A stretch of 64,000 bases of DNA from Haplodiscus bocki (GCA_965655095.1 OZ296648.1:154628001-154692000), one strand, 5' to 3'; shown: positions 1-13,979, counted from the stretch's first letter. Notes: generated by a model not told the origin, from the sequence alone. Made by a program: numbers and translations.

Positions 1-329
1 GAAGGTGGACTCTTTAGTCGGGAGGTAAAATCAGTACACGCTGTTGAAAATAAGCCAATGCTGCGACGAAGAAGAAAAAAAACGAAATATGCACGATGAT
101 ACAAATTCAGTGGACATTGGAAAAAAACCATTGCAGAAAAAATCAACGTTATCACTACCCCAACAGGTGAAAATGGAAAAAAAGCAGTAATGGTGGGTTT
201 GACTAAAAGCAACGGAATTAAAAACAACCAACAGCACCAAATGTAATGCTACTTATGTTTACAAATGAGAACCATACTTTGCCACAAAACAGAGATGACA
301 ATTAAAGTGTTCTACAAATTAAATTACAA

Positions 330-2100
330 AGTCTCAAATGTCACGAAAGTGAACTTGTTCTTTTTCTTGGAACTTTCCGGTAACAGCCAGATAGAATAGC
401 AGTAACAGAAACTGGGCTCACGAAGGATGATAATCTGGCTGAAAATTAATTTCAAGGTTATAAACCAATTGAGTCACGGCATCGGAGGAATGCGAAAAGA
501 CGTTCTGGATGTGTTGCTTTTCGTTAGGAGGCGATTAAATTATGACTCGATTGAAATTGAATCCGATATAGAATGCTACTTATCTGAAGTGAAGGTTGAT
601 GAAGGAAACACAGGAGTTTCTTGTGTCATATGCAGACCAGATGCTTGTCCAACGACTCAGTTTTTACCAAAATTTGATGCTATGCTCCACTTTTTGAAGT
701 CTCTCAAATGTTTTTTTTTGGTTTTTGGTGTATCCGACATTGATACTCAGAAGGAGCATCAGGTTGGAACATCCTATGAAAATCTCCTCTCGGCATGTGT
801 TCCGGATGTTCACAGTTTTGATTCAACTAGAGTTAAAGTTAAAACTAAAAGTTGAATCGATGATGTATATCAAGTATTCAAATACAAGCAGAAACGGTAC
901 TAGCAACGATTGGTGAACAATACACAAAAATAGGTAGATTTCCATCGTTAGTCTCCGAGAGCTAAACTACTGAAAGCAGCCTTTTTTCCATAAAAAGAAA
1001 TTCAAAAAACTAAAAAAATTAAGTCGCTCCAATTTTTTTCCAATAATCCTTTGCAATAAAGAATGATCAATATTTTGGTTGAAAACAAACTGTTAACTTT
1101 TGCTGAGTATAGTTTCAGACCAAAAATGTCTTGCATTAATTCTATGAATCAAGTAATTGAGGATATGGGAGATAGAATTGATCTTAAATGTATTGGACGA
1201 GCTGGCTTCATAGATCACAAAGAAGCTTTTGATACATTACATCAAAGAATTTTTTTGACCAAACAGTCTTACTATGATTTTCAGTGGAACTATAAAGGAA
1301 CTGCTAACGAGTTTTTCAAACAATCGGAAGCAGTACATCAGCAGGACTCGGCCAAAATCTTGATTACAAAAAATAACCATAAGTGAACTTCAAGGATCGG
1401 TTTTGGAACTATTCTTTTTTTCGTTTTTTATCAATGACTTGGAAATATTATAGAAGGTAGTCAAATAGCGATGTTTGCAGAGGATACTACCATGATCGAG
1501 TGTAAGTAAAACGTCAAGCCATTATAGGATATATGCCGTGGGTCAGAATGTATCGCTGAAAATGAATTAACAGCCAATGTAGAGGAGTGTGAAACAATGT
1601 TTTTTTGGATCAAAGCAACCGAACGATGTTTTTCTGATAGGGAAAGCATTAACTTATCTGAAGTCATGCAAATATCTTGGAATACATCTGGATAGTGGCT
1701 TTAGATCCAGGGAAAACATTGATTGAGTTGTTAAAAATTTAAACAACCTTTGTAGATTGATGTGAAGGGTTCAACAATTGTACCCAAGAATGTGCTCTCT
1801 AATGTTTTACAGTTTGCTAAATCTGTGATTTGAATTGGTCCTAGTGTAAATGGAACAGCTGCGAAAACAAGTTCGAAAAAGTCGAGACTTCCAAGAAAAG
1901 AAATATAAAAGCAATATTTTTTCGGAGAAAATTGGATTCGCCGGCCGACATCGTAGAAGAGAAGAAAACTTTCACAGCCTTTGAACTGTCATAAACGAAA
2001 TAATTTGAAAACCTTTTCAAATAACTACGCTGCGAGGGACCAGCACAAAATATTGATGTTTTAAAAAATAACTCCAGTCAGTATCCCACTCGATGGAATT
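330..2100 (+). mobile_element. Degenerate non-LTR retrotransposon (CR1/L2/Jockey group) ORF2: APE endonuclease plus reverse transcriptase remnants
   Basis: Decayed motifs occur in the expected order across frames. Endonuclease: IAVTETGL (~396-420, cf. TETWL), VICRPD (cf. YRPP), FGVSDID (cf. GDFN), STRV...IDDV (cf. PTR...IDH). RT: EYSFRPK (QxGFR), FIDHKEAFDTL (DxxKAFD), LQGSVLE (PQGSVLGP), FINDL, MFAEDT (FADD), KYLGIHLD (~1672). Many stops and frameshifts; the EN-RT linker is largely missing. Confidence 0.85.
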
Positions 2101-3955
2101 TAAAAAGACTTCTCCCATCTAATTACATCGAACGGTTCTAAAGAAAAAATCATAAGAAAATACTCTGCGGAAAGCTTACAACTCGCTCGAATATATGGAT
2201 TTAATACCATAAAACTGTAAGCAGTTGAGCCGAGCTCATGTTGGAAACATCGTCGCGAAAATTGGACAAATTTATGTTTAATATGAAAAGGAACTCTTCT
2301 CAATTTTCTACTGATGGCATTGTTTCAACATACAGCAAACTGAATTTTTTTCGATTTGCCTAATTGTACCGGAACGGTACAATAACTTTTTAATGAGACA
2401 TTATTTTTGTACCAAAAGTGGTTCTCCATGGCGGTGACTCAAAGAGGATTTCAGCTCCTTCCTCGTCCCTATTGCATATGTTTTCAAATATGATTTTCAA
2501 AATTTCCTATCTAATCATATTCAATGTATTTAGCTCTTCTTTTTTTCGGCTGATGCTTCAGCTTTTCTAGTCGTTAAACGAAAATGATCATCACAAAACT
2601 GAAGAAATTACGAGTTTTCTCCAACTATTGTCATGACAAACTTCTTCGAAAGGAGTCTGCTGCACTCAGAAATACTTTGTCAAGATAAGCCACGGTAGAC
2701 TGTTGCTTCAATTGTGTTGGAGCCTGTTTGGACTACAGTTTCTAACTCTTACATTATTTTTGCACTCAAATATAATATTGATTTTTCTTCTCCAACGTTC
2801 CAATAAACTAGAGCATAGATTTTTTGTTCTTTAAATTGGAACTTTACTTACTATAGTACTATAGCACAATTTAGGACACCTGCGCTCCCTGAAATAACCG
2901 GAAATGCACTTTAGAAGAATAAACGGTTGAAAAACAATGAAATCTTGACTCAGACCAATCGGGAATATTACCAAGGGAAAAATAACGAATATTGATGGTG
3001 AAGGTACAACTGGCTTGCCGATGCAAAAACTGTGAACTGTATTCCCCGATTTCTGGCTTGTTCCTATTGCTTCATTAATTTTGAAACATGGCTCGTCAAT
3101 TTGTTTGTGCTAGCGCAAATTCAGCCGCATTCACTGCAAGTTTTGCAAATTATACTCCCAAATTTTCAAGCCTGCTGCTTTAGGATGATCGAAGAAGCTT
3201 TTAGATTCGAAATCTGATACTAGGGGTGAAGTTGTTAGTGAAGAAGATTCGATGGAGGGAGATACAACGTGGATGATGAAATTTAATTTTCATGAAATGA
3301 TTTTAAACTTTCTAAATATTTAAATGGATAAAAATTTTCAAAGATCTTTGCATTTTGAACAAAGAGCGTAACAATAATTTCAAACACTTGTTTATTTTTG
3401 AAAAACATTTAGAGCTTTGATCAAAGTTTTTGCTCACTGATCCTGTCATGAAGCTTAATGTCTGTTGTAACACGACATTTGGTTGGAGTAAAATTCTCTA
3501 AAATAGCGAACAAAAGTTAAGTTCAATTTCGAAAATGAAAAAACGGCAGTAGAACCAGTTAAAGGTGTCATTTTGAATCAGAGGTGATACCAAGAACATC
3601 AAACTGATAGACGACGGAGTGCAGAAATCGTAATGTATTCGGACACGAAAACTCTTCCGAGTGAAAATTGAAGTGACGAGAGGATGTTATGATTACTTGT
3701 ACAAATCAGTAGGCGGTCACAGTCAATGAAAAAAACGCTGAATGCTATTAATGCACATGTAGTTATCGACAATCTGTTTTTGACTGAAGTCAACTTTGCA
3801 AATGACTCTTCTGAAACGATGCGCTTAAAAGGAACGTTGATCGGTCGTTTTTGACTAAACTAACAGTAGAATTAAGAAGTTAAAATTTTTGGTCACAAGG
3901 CTGTTATATATATAACTTTCTGTGTGTTTTCTATGTTTCACATCTGATAGCCAAT

Positions 3956-4117
3956 NNNNNNNNNNNNNNNNNNNNNNNNNNNNNNNNNNNNNNNNNNNNN
4001 NNNNNNNNNNNNNNNNNNNNNNNNNNNNNNNNNNNNNNNNNNNNNNNNNNNNNNNNNNNNNNNNNNNNNNNNNNNNNNNNNNNNNNNNNNNNNNNNNNNN
4101 NNNNNNNNNNNNNNNNN
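3956..4117. other. Assembly gap (162 N)
   Basis: Run of N bases in the sequence. Confidence 1.
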
Positions 4118-5066
4118 AAGGATAGCTGACACTTAATATACAATAAAGTGTGAATGATTTATGCATCAAGCATAAATGATTTTATCAATGTATTACAAAC
4201 GCATTGGGTTATTTGAAGCAGAAATCACGCCAAGTATTGGCTAAATGTACAAGGACTGTATTAGACTCACTTAAAAGGAAACTTTTCAGTCTACTTTTGA
4301 GTACCTGAAGATTTACACTTGTATCTCGCTTACTTAAGGGCAGTGAGTTCCACTTTTTAAAGAAATCTGTTGAAAGAAACATTTGGAGGAAGATGAAACA
4401 GATGGTACCTTCCCCGAAAGAATTATTTGAATCGAACGTTTGTTCAATCGGAAATTTGCGGTGGATAACTTTATCCTGTCTACAAATGCTTCTTTTCTAT
4501 TGTTAACATACTGGAAAAAATAGGTCAATGACTTCAGTTCAATATGTTGCCGAAGGCCGAGTACACTTTTGTGTATTCTTAAATCAAATGAACTTTTGAT
4601 ACAGGAACGAAAATAAACAGACTTTAAAGCCCAATTCATCTGTTTCTCTAACGATAGTAATAACGTTGAGGTCATTTGCACCAGAAATGAAGCAGAATAT
4701 TCAAAATGACTCAAAACAAGAGCTTGGAAAAGCATGAGAAGATCTGTAGTTGGAAACTTATGTTGTATGGTTTCGATGGTTTTGATACCCACAGCCATTT
4801 TCTTCCACACTTTTTGGTTTCAGTCTGAAAATCTAGGTGCTTATCAATTGTTACAGCTAGATACTTACACTGATTCGATTTTTCAATTCTAGATGAGCCT
4901 ACTGCAACTGTTTCTGAGTTCTGCAGATGTTTATCATTTTTACGAGAAAAAGTGATGAATTTTATTTTACTGTCGTTCAAGTTCAATCGGTTAAAAGGGA
5001 AGTATTTTTTCAGTTTAACTATATTTTCCTGTAAGCGGTCAAGTGCAATCTCCGATTCAATATCTT
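4118..5066 (-). mobile_element. 5'-truncated LINE (CR1/L2 group), C-terminal part of RT ORF and 3' UTR
   Basis: ORFs 4711-4986 and 4334-4810, joined by a frameshift, give NRLNLNDSKIKFI...CKYLAVTIDKHLDF...ALVLSHFEY...LEKQMNWALK, and KWNSLP (frameshifted) lies near 4340. These match the LxLNxxKT, KYLGV, SxLxY and WNxLP signatures. Truncated just downstream of the YADD region. Confidence 0.85.
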
Positions 5067-5843
5067 AAATTACTAATAATCAATTCAACAGCGGTGCTTC
5101 ATTAATTGCAAAATTCAAAGTTTCCTTCAAAAAACACTTGCAATGTTTTTATTGCCATGTTTTGTTTCCTCCAAATTTTACTTTAAGCCCTCAATGACAC
5201 CGTGCCGTGAACGAGCTGATACAGCAACAGGACGTGGTCGGGAAAACTATTAGAGATTTGGATGGAAAAAGCAACGGAAGGTTGGTGAGATAAGGTTGAC
5301 ACAGATTCAAAGGAGACGATTATGTGCGGAATGCATATACTGCTGGGCGGTTTTCAATGCTGCGTAACGAATCCTGCTGAACAGTTTCAATTGCGTAATC
5401 CCTCTTCGGTGATAAAGGTTATTGCTGCGATGATTCATGACGAACCTGATTTGTGCCGACACGACTGGGAAATATGATTATGATTAAGTTGAGCAGTCAA
5501 TTCAAATGAACAGAATTTCGTCCGTCAAATTTGTCTGCTTAAACTGAAAGGCTAATCAAGTTTGGACTGCGATTCTGAAAGTCGTTATCCAACGAGATTA
5601 ATATCGTCGTTATTCACTATCGGCATAAAAATGTGTCCGTTGAAAGAACGAAAACTACTGTATTTAACAAAATGGAAGGTTACGTAAGTTATTTGACTGA
5701 ATGGAAGTCAGTTGTGTAGCAAGGAAGAGTCTTTGCTTGACAGAGATGTGAACTGAACAAGCAAGGCGTTGTGATTGAGACTACAGTAGTGTTTTAAAGA
5801 AATGGAGTTTCTATGCATAAATTGACCAACTGTAGACTAGAGG

Positions 5844-6255
5844 TACACTCATTATCTTTTATAAGAACAATTTTATAAGAACATGAGGGTCTGAAAATTT
5901 TCTTGATTAAGAACACTCAAGAACAATTCAGGCTCAAATTTATTCAAAAAGTGTTATAAGACAAAATGTAATTCTGAATTTCCAATTCTAATTCCTAATT
6001 AAATGCAGTTTTTGTTTGTCCGAGGAAATTAGCAGCGGCACAATTTTGTTAGCTGAATTACACGTAGCAGCCGCAGAGCTGCACTAATTAATAGCTGCTT
6101 TACTACTCAATATTTTCATAGACTGAACGAGAATTACGTCATACATGTAGACTAAGAACACTTTAAGAACAATTGAGCCTCAATTCGCTGTTTTCGTCAA
6201 GAACAAATGAGGCTCGATTTCAATAAGTGTGTTCTTATGAGGGATAATGAGTGTA
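5844..6255. mobile_element. ~410-bp MITE with ~26-bp TIRs and TA flanks
   Basis: Left end tacactcattatcttttataagaaca. Right end tgttcttatgagggataatgagtgta, whose reverse complement is tacactcattatccctcataagaaca (3 mismatches). Internal aagaaca repeats. Confidence 0.8.
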
Positions 6256-6783
6256 CATAACTTCTCGGAAAAGTTTTTTCTAACTTGTTCAAAGTTCAAA
6301 ACACGACAAAGATTGCTAAAATTGGCAAATATTAACCAATGAGATTGCAAATTGAGAGCAAATAACGAGATCCTATTGGCTGAAAAGCGTCAGTTAATGC
6401 TCTTTCGCTCCATTCTTTTAAGAGACTACAGTTTCGCGCTGTAGTGAGGAAGTGATTTTAAATAGCAACACGATGAGACTACACTGGCACTTGTTAGTGA
6501 TTTGAACTGAATAGCAACGCATTGTTACTTTCAAGTTTTGACGGAAGTGGACAACAGTGCAGTAACCATTAACTGGACTCAACAGACTACGTCTAATGTC
6601 AAAACTACTAACAAATACGGAATTTTGCGGCTACACCTATGCGGTATCTTTTTTTTCTCAAAAACGGTACTGAATTCTCTCTGTACATGTAGAATTGTAC
6701 TCACTAATTGTATTGCTTGTGAAACCACCCACACTAATTGAAAAACATGTTTCCAAAAAAATCAAAACGTTAAGATTTATGTT

Positions 6784-7610
6784 CAGGGCTTCCTATTATT
6801 GTATTGCAATATTATTGTTCGCTGAAAATAAAAATTGCTTGAGCCTATTGGGCAAAAATATAATAATTGCCGCTTTCTCTTTCGCAAAAAAATAATTGCA
6901 ATAATTTTTTATTATTGCTCGACAAATTTACTTATCACGTCAATATCCCAAAATCTTTCATTTATGTACAAAAACAGGGTTTCTTCTAAGTTCATTGGAA
7001 GCATAGACATTCGATGGTCAGAGAGGACCATTTTTGCCCGACTTAAAAGTCTTTCCTACCACGTTCGATGTCGGATTCAGCCATTCCATGGGTTGATACT
7101 CATAGTTTATTTCCTTTGTATTTTTTGCCATGAGCAAGGCCCGGTGACAAAGGGATAGGGGCGCGCCATTTTCAGAAGTAACAACGATTTCCGTACGGAA
7201 TCGAGCTACCACGAATTTTTCTTCAGCCGTCATGATCCCATTTTTTCCCGGTTCTCATTTCTTCATAACGAAAATCAACGATATTTTCGTTTTTAGTAAC
7301 GTTTGAGGCCATTTAGTAAGGATATAGCAGCTAGACGGTAAAGCGGTAGCACTGCAAGTAAGCAAACACACATGTGTTGGAAGGTGTTAGCAAAGCAAGC
7401 GAACGCTATTGGTTGTCTCCTTTTATCTAGGGCACACGCGGCATGATGCGTAAAGACCGCTTAATGCTTCATTATTGTTTTTCGAAAAATAAATTTTGCA
7501 AATTAAAAACCCGGGAAATAATTATTGTCCTGTCTGAATTACTCAAAAAGAATAATTTCTGCAATAATATTGCAATAGTTTTTCCCAAAATAACTTTTTA
7601 GGCAGCCTTG
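6784..7610. mobile_element. Non-autonomous hAT-like element (827 bp)
   Basis: Ends are cagggcttccta and taggcagccttg (reverse complement caaggctgccta). Subterminal inverted tattgcaatattattg. The 8-bp flanks tttatgtt and tgtatgtt match at 7/8, consistent with an 8-bp hAT target-site duplication. Confidence 0.7.
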
Positions 7611-7619
7611 TGTATGTTA

Positions 7620-7774
7620 TACACTGTAAAATTGATTGCCTGTGGTTGCAGATAGAATTACCTGCAACCTCTAGAGACGCAGGTAAACAGCCTATAGGTT
7701 CACAACTCAAACGGGCTGTAGGTAAGTCTTCCAGCTCTTTCAGGTAAATACAGCCGAACCAATTTTACAGTGTA
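7620..7774. mobile_element. 151-bp MITE with CACTG termini and TA flanks
   Basis: Perfect 15-bp inverted ends tacactgtaaaattg and caattttacagtgta. Internal hairpin ggttgcag...ctgcaacc. Confidence 0.8.
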
Positions 7775-9539
7775 CTCGAGGCATGAAGAGTCTGGTTGAA
7801 TTAGGAAATTGCCTCACTTCATGAGAAAACTAGCAATTATCTAGCTCGCAGTTTAATTTGGATCACAAACTTCAATTGGTACCTTCTAACTGCTGTCCAT
7901 CAATCAGAGTGCGATTGCTTGACCTCTCCGAGTTGCTCTGATCTTGCTGGAAAAAGGTTTTTGGAAATAGTCAGGGTTTTTTCCCGAGTTCATCTAATGT
8001 TTTGTGACTACATTTCCAATTTTCTTCCACCAAAATCACCGAGGTCAAAATCGTTTTCGTCGAAATCTGCCATAGTAAAGACTAAAAGGCAAATCAACGC
8101 AAGATAACTTGCTTTGTCTATCACAATGGAAAGTTTTCATAACTCGAAAACTGCTAAACTTGTATTTACGCGTTTACAATAAAACAGACAAAATGAATCA
8201 AGCTAAGGTAGTGCGCTCAAATATTACGCAACATTCGACTTGTACTTTCCGTTCGCTGCAGCGGTGCCGTTAATCCAGGCATTTATAACGGCATTTCAAG
8301 AGCATTCGGACTTGCTTTACAATGGCGTCGAAAAAATCGAAGAGAGGTTCAGCGTGAGCTTACTGAAGTACGGTACCATATTTTTAAACATGAGAAATCC
8401 TGAAAGCCAACTTATTATGAATCCTAAAGCCGGTTTGTGCGTTCTGATTCATGATATTTCACATTTCTGACCTTCAGAATCTTCCTGCAAAAATCAAGAC
8501 TTTTTACATCGAATTCTGAAAGAAATCTAGAGAGTTTCAAATTTTAAGTATGTTGCAATCAACAATTTAGGAAAAATGCTCCTCTAAGAGGTTGGTTGCT
8601 TCCATTTTCATGCTTTCTGGTTTCATGGGCATAGTTTTATTAGGGCTACATGGAAAAATGATTGGCAGTAGTATTAAGTTTTCAGGACGCAACGGGTGTC
8701 TGTAAGTAGAAACATGCTAAGACATCAAATAGAAAACATATTGAATCAACAACGGGAACGCTTGTTTGGGCATTGATAATTGAACACAATTAATTTCAAA
8801 TACCTTCGGTTAGCTGGCTACAGTTGCGCATGCATTGCCCGTTTACAGCGACGTGTCTTTCGAATTGTCAAGTTTATCTGGCTTCTTCAACTCCGGGATC
8901 AAATAAAGAGCAATAAAGTGTTGGAAAGTTGGTGATGGTATCTCCGCCAGAGCTAATAGTTGTTTCAAAACAGAATTGTTTGAGGGATCGGTAAATGCAA
9001 AGAAGAGTTGTTATGCGTAACTGTTTTTTGAACCTTCGAAACCCATATAAAAGGGAGTGTATTTTAGTTTTAACCAAAAGACTGTGCTCAAAATTCAAGT
9101 TCGCGGCAAATCATATTCAACTCAACGACCAAATTGCAAAATCAGTAGCCTTCGGAGCTACGTTCTGTCAGTTTTTTTAACATGAGATTCACGTTAGGTG
9201 CTAATTTACGCAGAGTTTTTTTCGGTTACTTGCATTACTTCCGGTGCACGGATGTGAAACAGGCTTCCGTGGTAATTAACAAAAAACCAAGAACCGGAAC
9301 TCAGTTGTTAACTAGTTTACTTCTTCGGAGGAGATTTCAGGTCAGAAGGTTTTGTCTGAGCAGGTTTTGAACTACTGAGAGATTTTAGGGTAGGGGGTTT
9401 TCGCCAAGGTGAGTGTTATCTCAGAACAAAATCTGAAACAAGAGGCACAGTCGCACTGCACATTTTCCGTCAAGACGGCACGGAAATGATAGATTGAACA
9501 TACAACAATTAATTTTAAAAAAGAAACGCATTTTTGAAA

Positions 9540-11760
9540 GAAAAAAATTGTCGATGGAGATGTTGATGGAAGAATTCAAGCCAATGCAACGAACAAAACC
9601 AGAGTTTCTTCAATGTAGGAGTCCTGTAGTAATAGTATGAAAGCGTCAATTCAGAACTTGGTACATTAACTCAAGGCTGAAGTTTTCGAGATAGATAATT
9701 TCGAATTTCGAGACACGTCTGATCTAAAAGCAGTTTTGCCACTTCTGGCCTATTAGGATTCCAGTTGCGATGTAGAGATCATTTGTCAAGATACGTAGAA
9801 ACGAGCAGTCCGCTTCAAGAAATACGCTATGGAGATTGTCATCTTGATGGGAAAAAAACGAAAAAGGCAGAGTTGAAGAAGTATAAGTTTGAATACCGAC
9901 GTGTGCCGAGACTAAATGCAGTTTCTGGAAAATCTGCACCACCAAGATTCTACAGAAGTAAAAATCCAAACGATTTCCTTATCAGACGTTCTAACTCAAA
10001 CTGGAAGCAGTAGGTTGAGATCTTGAAGGAAAAAATCAAGTTAGGAGTTATGGTGAAACGCGGGTTAGAAAGTCGAGAAGACTCCATATTGAAAATTACT
10101 TCTTGAATTTTTTGGCCTATCAGAAGTCATTCGCAAGGAATAGAAAGTGTAGTTAAAATCATTAACTTTCTTCAAAAGCGAAAATTTTTTGGTTGCCATC
10201 TTGGTGGAAGAAATGATGTTTGTAGTTGCGGTCAAGGACGACTTTGCTTGCCGAGAGAAATCAAAAGTAATAGCATATTTTAGAAATTTGGGACTATCAA
10301 GATTCTGATGCGAGGAAAAAACCCTTCATTTGATTTTTCAATCAATCTCTACATGTTCTCAGCTTTCAGCAGAAACCGAGATGGAAGATACCAAGCCTCT
10401 AGTTACGGAGAAATGAGAGTTTCAACATTGAGATGAAACATCATAATTAGCTTTAATTGGAAGATCGGAAGGTCAGTATTCTAGTGCAAGGGACAAAATC
10501 GACAAAAACTCCATCGAGATTGTTTCTGCAACTGAAAAACTTTTGGTTGACAAATTGATGGAACAGCTGAAGCTTTTACTTATGGGTGACAAAGGAGGAT
10601 GAGTTTGAATCTCGAAAAAAGTTTTAGAGAGGTTCGAAATTTTTGGACTATTTTGAGTCTGATGCAGAGAACAAAATGAACAGTTTCCAACCTCAATAGT
10701 CCTCTACAAGTGTTCTGTTTTAAATTAAGTTTTTGACGAAAGGATTGAACCTTGTAATTGCTGAGGAAAAACTTTGAATACTGAGCGAAGTGAATAAAAT
10801 TAGCACCTTTGGAATTTTCGGATTGTCAAGACATTGATGCAGGGAACACAAATTGACAATCATCCCGTCGAAAGATTCTCCACGGTTAAGAAATTCTCGA
10901 TGCTCGATGCTGTTTTTGCAGAACAAGATAAAACCTGTAGTTTTGGTGAAAATGAGTTTGGATTTCGAGAAAAAGTAGAAGCTAATTTTTTTATATGGAA
11001 CTTTCAGATTATCAAGATTGTGAAGGAAGGGAGAAAAACAATGACTTCAGGTTGAAGACCCGTCTACAAGTGCTGTTTTCGACTGAGATTTTAATGGACA
11101 AAATCGAACTTGTAGTGGCCCAGAATTAAAAGTTTGATTATCGAGCGAAATCTTACAGAAAAGCACATTTTGAATATTTGGACTGTCACGAATCCGTTGC
11201 ATGGATCAAAACAGAAAGTTTGTTTTTCGAATTGCCGTCCGCATGTAGAGATTTTCCGATGGAGACCTTAGTTGGAGAAATCATACCTGTAGTTAGTGAA
11301 AAATATGAGTTTGATTATCGAGATAAATCGAAAATAAGAAACGTTTTTTGAATTTTCCGCTTACGGGGAATGTAATGGAAGTTTCAGAAATGTATAATTT
11401 TTGAATCGAATCATCCTCCACAGAGGTCAAGTTTTCAGCTGGGAACTTGATGGAAGAAGTCAAGCTCATAGTTGTTGAGGAGTAAGTGTTTGAAGTTTTG
11501 GTAAAAAACACTTTAAATGGCACTTTTTATTATTTTATTACTGTCAGGATTCTGATGCCAGGAACCAAAATCGATACATTGCGAAGAAAAAACACTTCAC
11601 CAACAGTGGAAAACATCCCATTGAGACCTAGATTAGAAATTTAAACGTGTATTTTCGCAGAAATGTGAGTTTCAAATTCAAGGAACTTCAATACTAATCG
11701 TCTTTTTGGCATTATCTCAATGTCGATATCCTAGAACAATTCGATGCAGCGGACATATTT
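9540..11760. repeat. Highly diverged ~178-bp tandem satellite, ~11-12 copies
   Basis: The motif ttgatggaag(a)...aagc/ttgtagtt recurs at 9844, 10023, 10201, 10378, 10555, 10733, 10916, 11091, 11268, 11447 and 11628. A second motif, ggactatcaagattctgatgc, recurs at the same spacing. Confidence 0.7.
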
Positions 11761-13561
11761 TCGAAAAAAACATGCAATTTTTGTCTGTGAATAGATAAGG
11801 TAAGGATAAAAAACTAATATATAAAAACCATAAAGCTGGAAAAATTTGTAGAATGATTTATTCTTGTGAAAAGACATTAACAGACTTTTTAACAGACTTA
11901 TGACTTTCAAACTTTTTTTGGTTTCTTTAAGGAAAATCGAATTTTTTTGTCAAATTAAAAAAAAATTGAAAAAGAACAATTTGTTTCAATTACGTCGTAA
12001 ACGGCGTAATTTTTGAGAAAAAAAGCCTAATTACCAAAAAACCCTATATACTTGTCCGAAAAACATTCATTTTTGTTGTTAAAAAATAGGAGCGTGTTAA
12101 CGAGTACCTAAAAAGACGTAAAATATGGTCGATAGCGGGCTTTGAATCCGCCACCTCTGGCTTCCGAACCGCGATGACACCCGACATTTGTATTATACAA
12201 GGCACCAACTCTGCAGACTTGAATTCTGCGCGTCATGGGCATTTTCAGGAAAAGGAAAACACCGAATACTGAATTGAACTTTTTTCTTTGGAAAAAACAT
12301 TTCGACGGAAAATAACAATCAGCTTGCATCTACAGCAATGACAAAGTTTTTATTATCGAATTAGCAACGAATGTAAAAACTATCAGGCTAGAGTTCGACA
12401 AATTATTACATTTTTACGAAGCTTGACAAACAGCAATAGCTGTTAATTTGAATTGAAAAGGTCCGTCATTATGTGAAATGGTTATGATAGTAGCTCGCAA
12501 TCGACATCAGACTGGACGACTGCAAACAGGAAAGTATAATATTGAGCAACACCGAATCACTTGGTCGCGGTTGTAGGAATCTGTTGGTCGTTTTTGAAAA
12601 TTGGAGGGGATTCGTTACGCAGATGAAAAATTCAGCAGACCGACTAAAAAGCAGAATATTATTCCGCTTCTTATTCTTTTCCATGTTATTCTGTTCTTTC
12701 AGATTCTCAAAGTCTTCCTCGAATGATCGTCGTGGAAGTTATTACACAGTATAGATAGTTGCGCCATTTAACCGGAACGTATGAGAGGTCTACTTCTGAA
12801 ACTCCAATAAGAAGTTCGAGAACCAAATTGAAGTGAACTGCTCCAGATTGATTTATGGAAATCCCACTCGACAATGTAAGCAATTTTTATATGTTTTTCT
12901 TTGTTACTAAGAAGCTATTTGAATGATTTCAGATGATTTCAACAAAATCTTTCACGCCTACGTTTTTATGTGTTCTGTTGACATTTTCTAAGTTTCTTTG
13001 GCGTTTCATGTCACCTGCAAAATCTGAATGCCAAAACATTGAATATTGTTAAGTTTTATGCAAATGAAACCATTTTACATGTAGCAGACACGTTTCTATT
13101 TTTACCGTGCTTTTCAGCTGAAGTAATTAAAGTTGACTGGATGATATTCTCGTCAGCGCCATTTATGAAAAAATATTAGACTAACGGACAAAGATTCAGT
13201 GATGTAATAAGTTTTACTAGCAAGTATGGAGTAGCAGTGATGGAATCAAAGAAGCAAAGTATTTGATTTTTTATTGCAAATTGCGGAAACTCGAACAATC
13301 TTTAGATGCAGCAGAAAAAACTTTGAGAAATCATGTATGGTGAATTTGTGAGTTTTCTATGTTTTATAATTTTTTTGCTAGTACACATCAATGAAGCAAA
13401 CAAAAGTTTCATTGAAGTTCAGCTAAAGACGATCGTTTCTCAATAGGACAGCTCCAGTACTTATCCTGCTTGGATTCAGCCAGCTTTCATTAATGCGTCA
13501 CATTGGGCACGCGATTGTCATAATGGAATGAATTCAATCAAGAACTTCAATGCTTTTTAAC

Positions 13562-13979
13562 TTAACTGCTGTTGTGGCGTTTTTCTGGGCCAGAGTTTTG
13601 CGTCATCTGGTTTTGGAAGATGCCTGCTTCAGGATGAGCATCGCTCTGGGAGTCGTCCTCATTCGTTCCCTGGCTTGTACTCAATGCGTTCCGGGACGTC
13701 TCCGGAGTGGTTCTGGAGTGCCCCTGAATTAGCGGGTTCATGAGAAAGTCGTCAAGGCGTGCTAATGCTCCTAATATGCGGCTTTCAGTTCTGCTAAACT
13801 CTTATGACAACTTTTTTGTGACTCTTTCCTCAATTTCCTCAGAAACTTGAGTTATGTAGTCCTCTTCCGATCTGGGAACATTAGAGTTTTGCGCCAAGTT
13901 ATTCCTAGGATGTTCCTCACTGAACATCATTTTTTTTGTTCAGTGCTGCCAATTTATTCTTGTTTCTAAGAGTTGCCAT
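13562..13979 (-). pseudogene. Disrupted ORF, probably the N-terminus of a retroelement gag-like protein
   Basis: MATLRNKNKLAALNKK / (frameshift) EEHPRNNLAQNSNVPRSEEDYITQVSEEIEERVTKKLS*EFSRTESRILGALARLDDFLMNPLIQGHSRTTPETSRNALSTSQGTNEDDSQSDAHPEAGIF... It is protein-like, with one frameshift and one stop. The family assignment is inference only. Confidence 0.5.

Noticed and set aside
3855-4169. ORFs spanning poly-X
   Set aside because: These are artefacts of the N gap.
13138-13160. LDDILV, resembling a Gypsy RT YxDD motif
   Set aside because: It is preceded by a stop and lacks flanking RT motifs, so it is probably chance.
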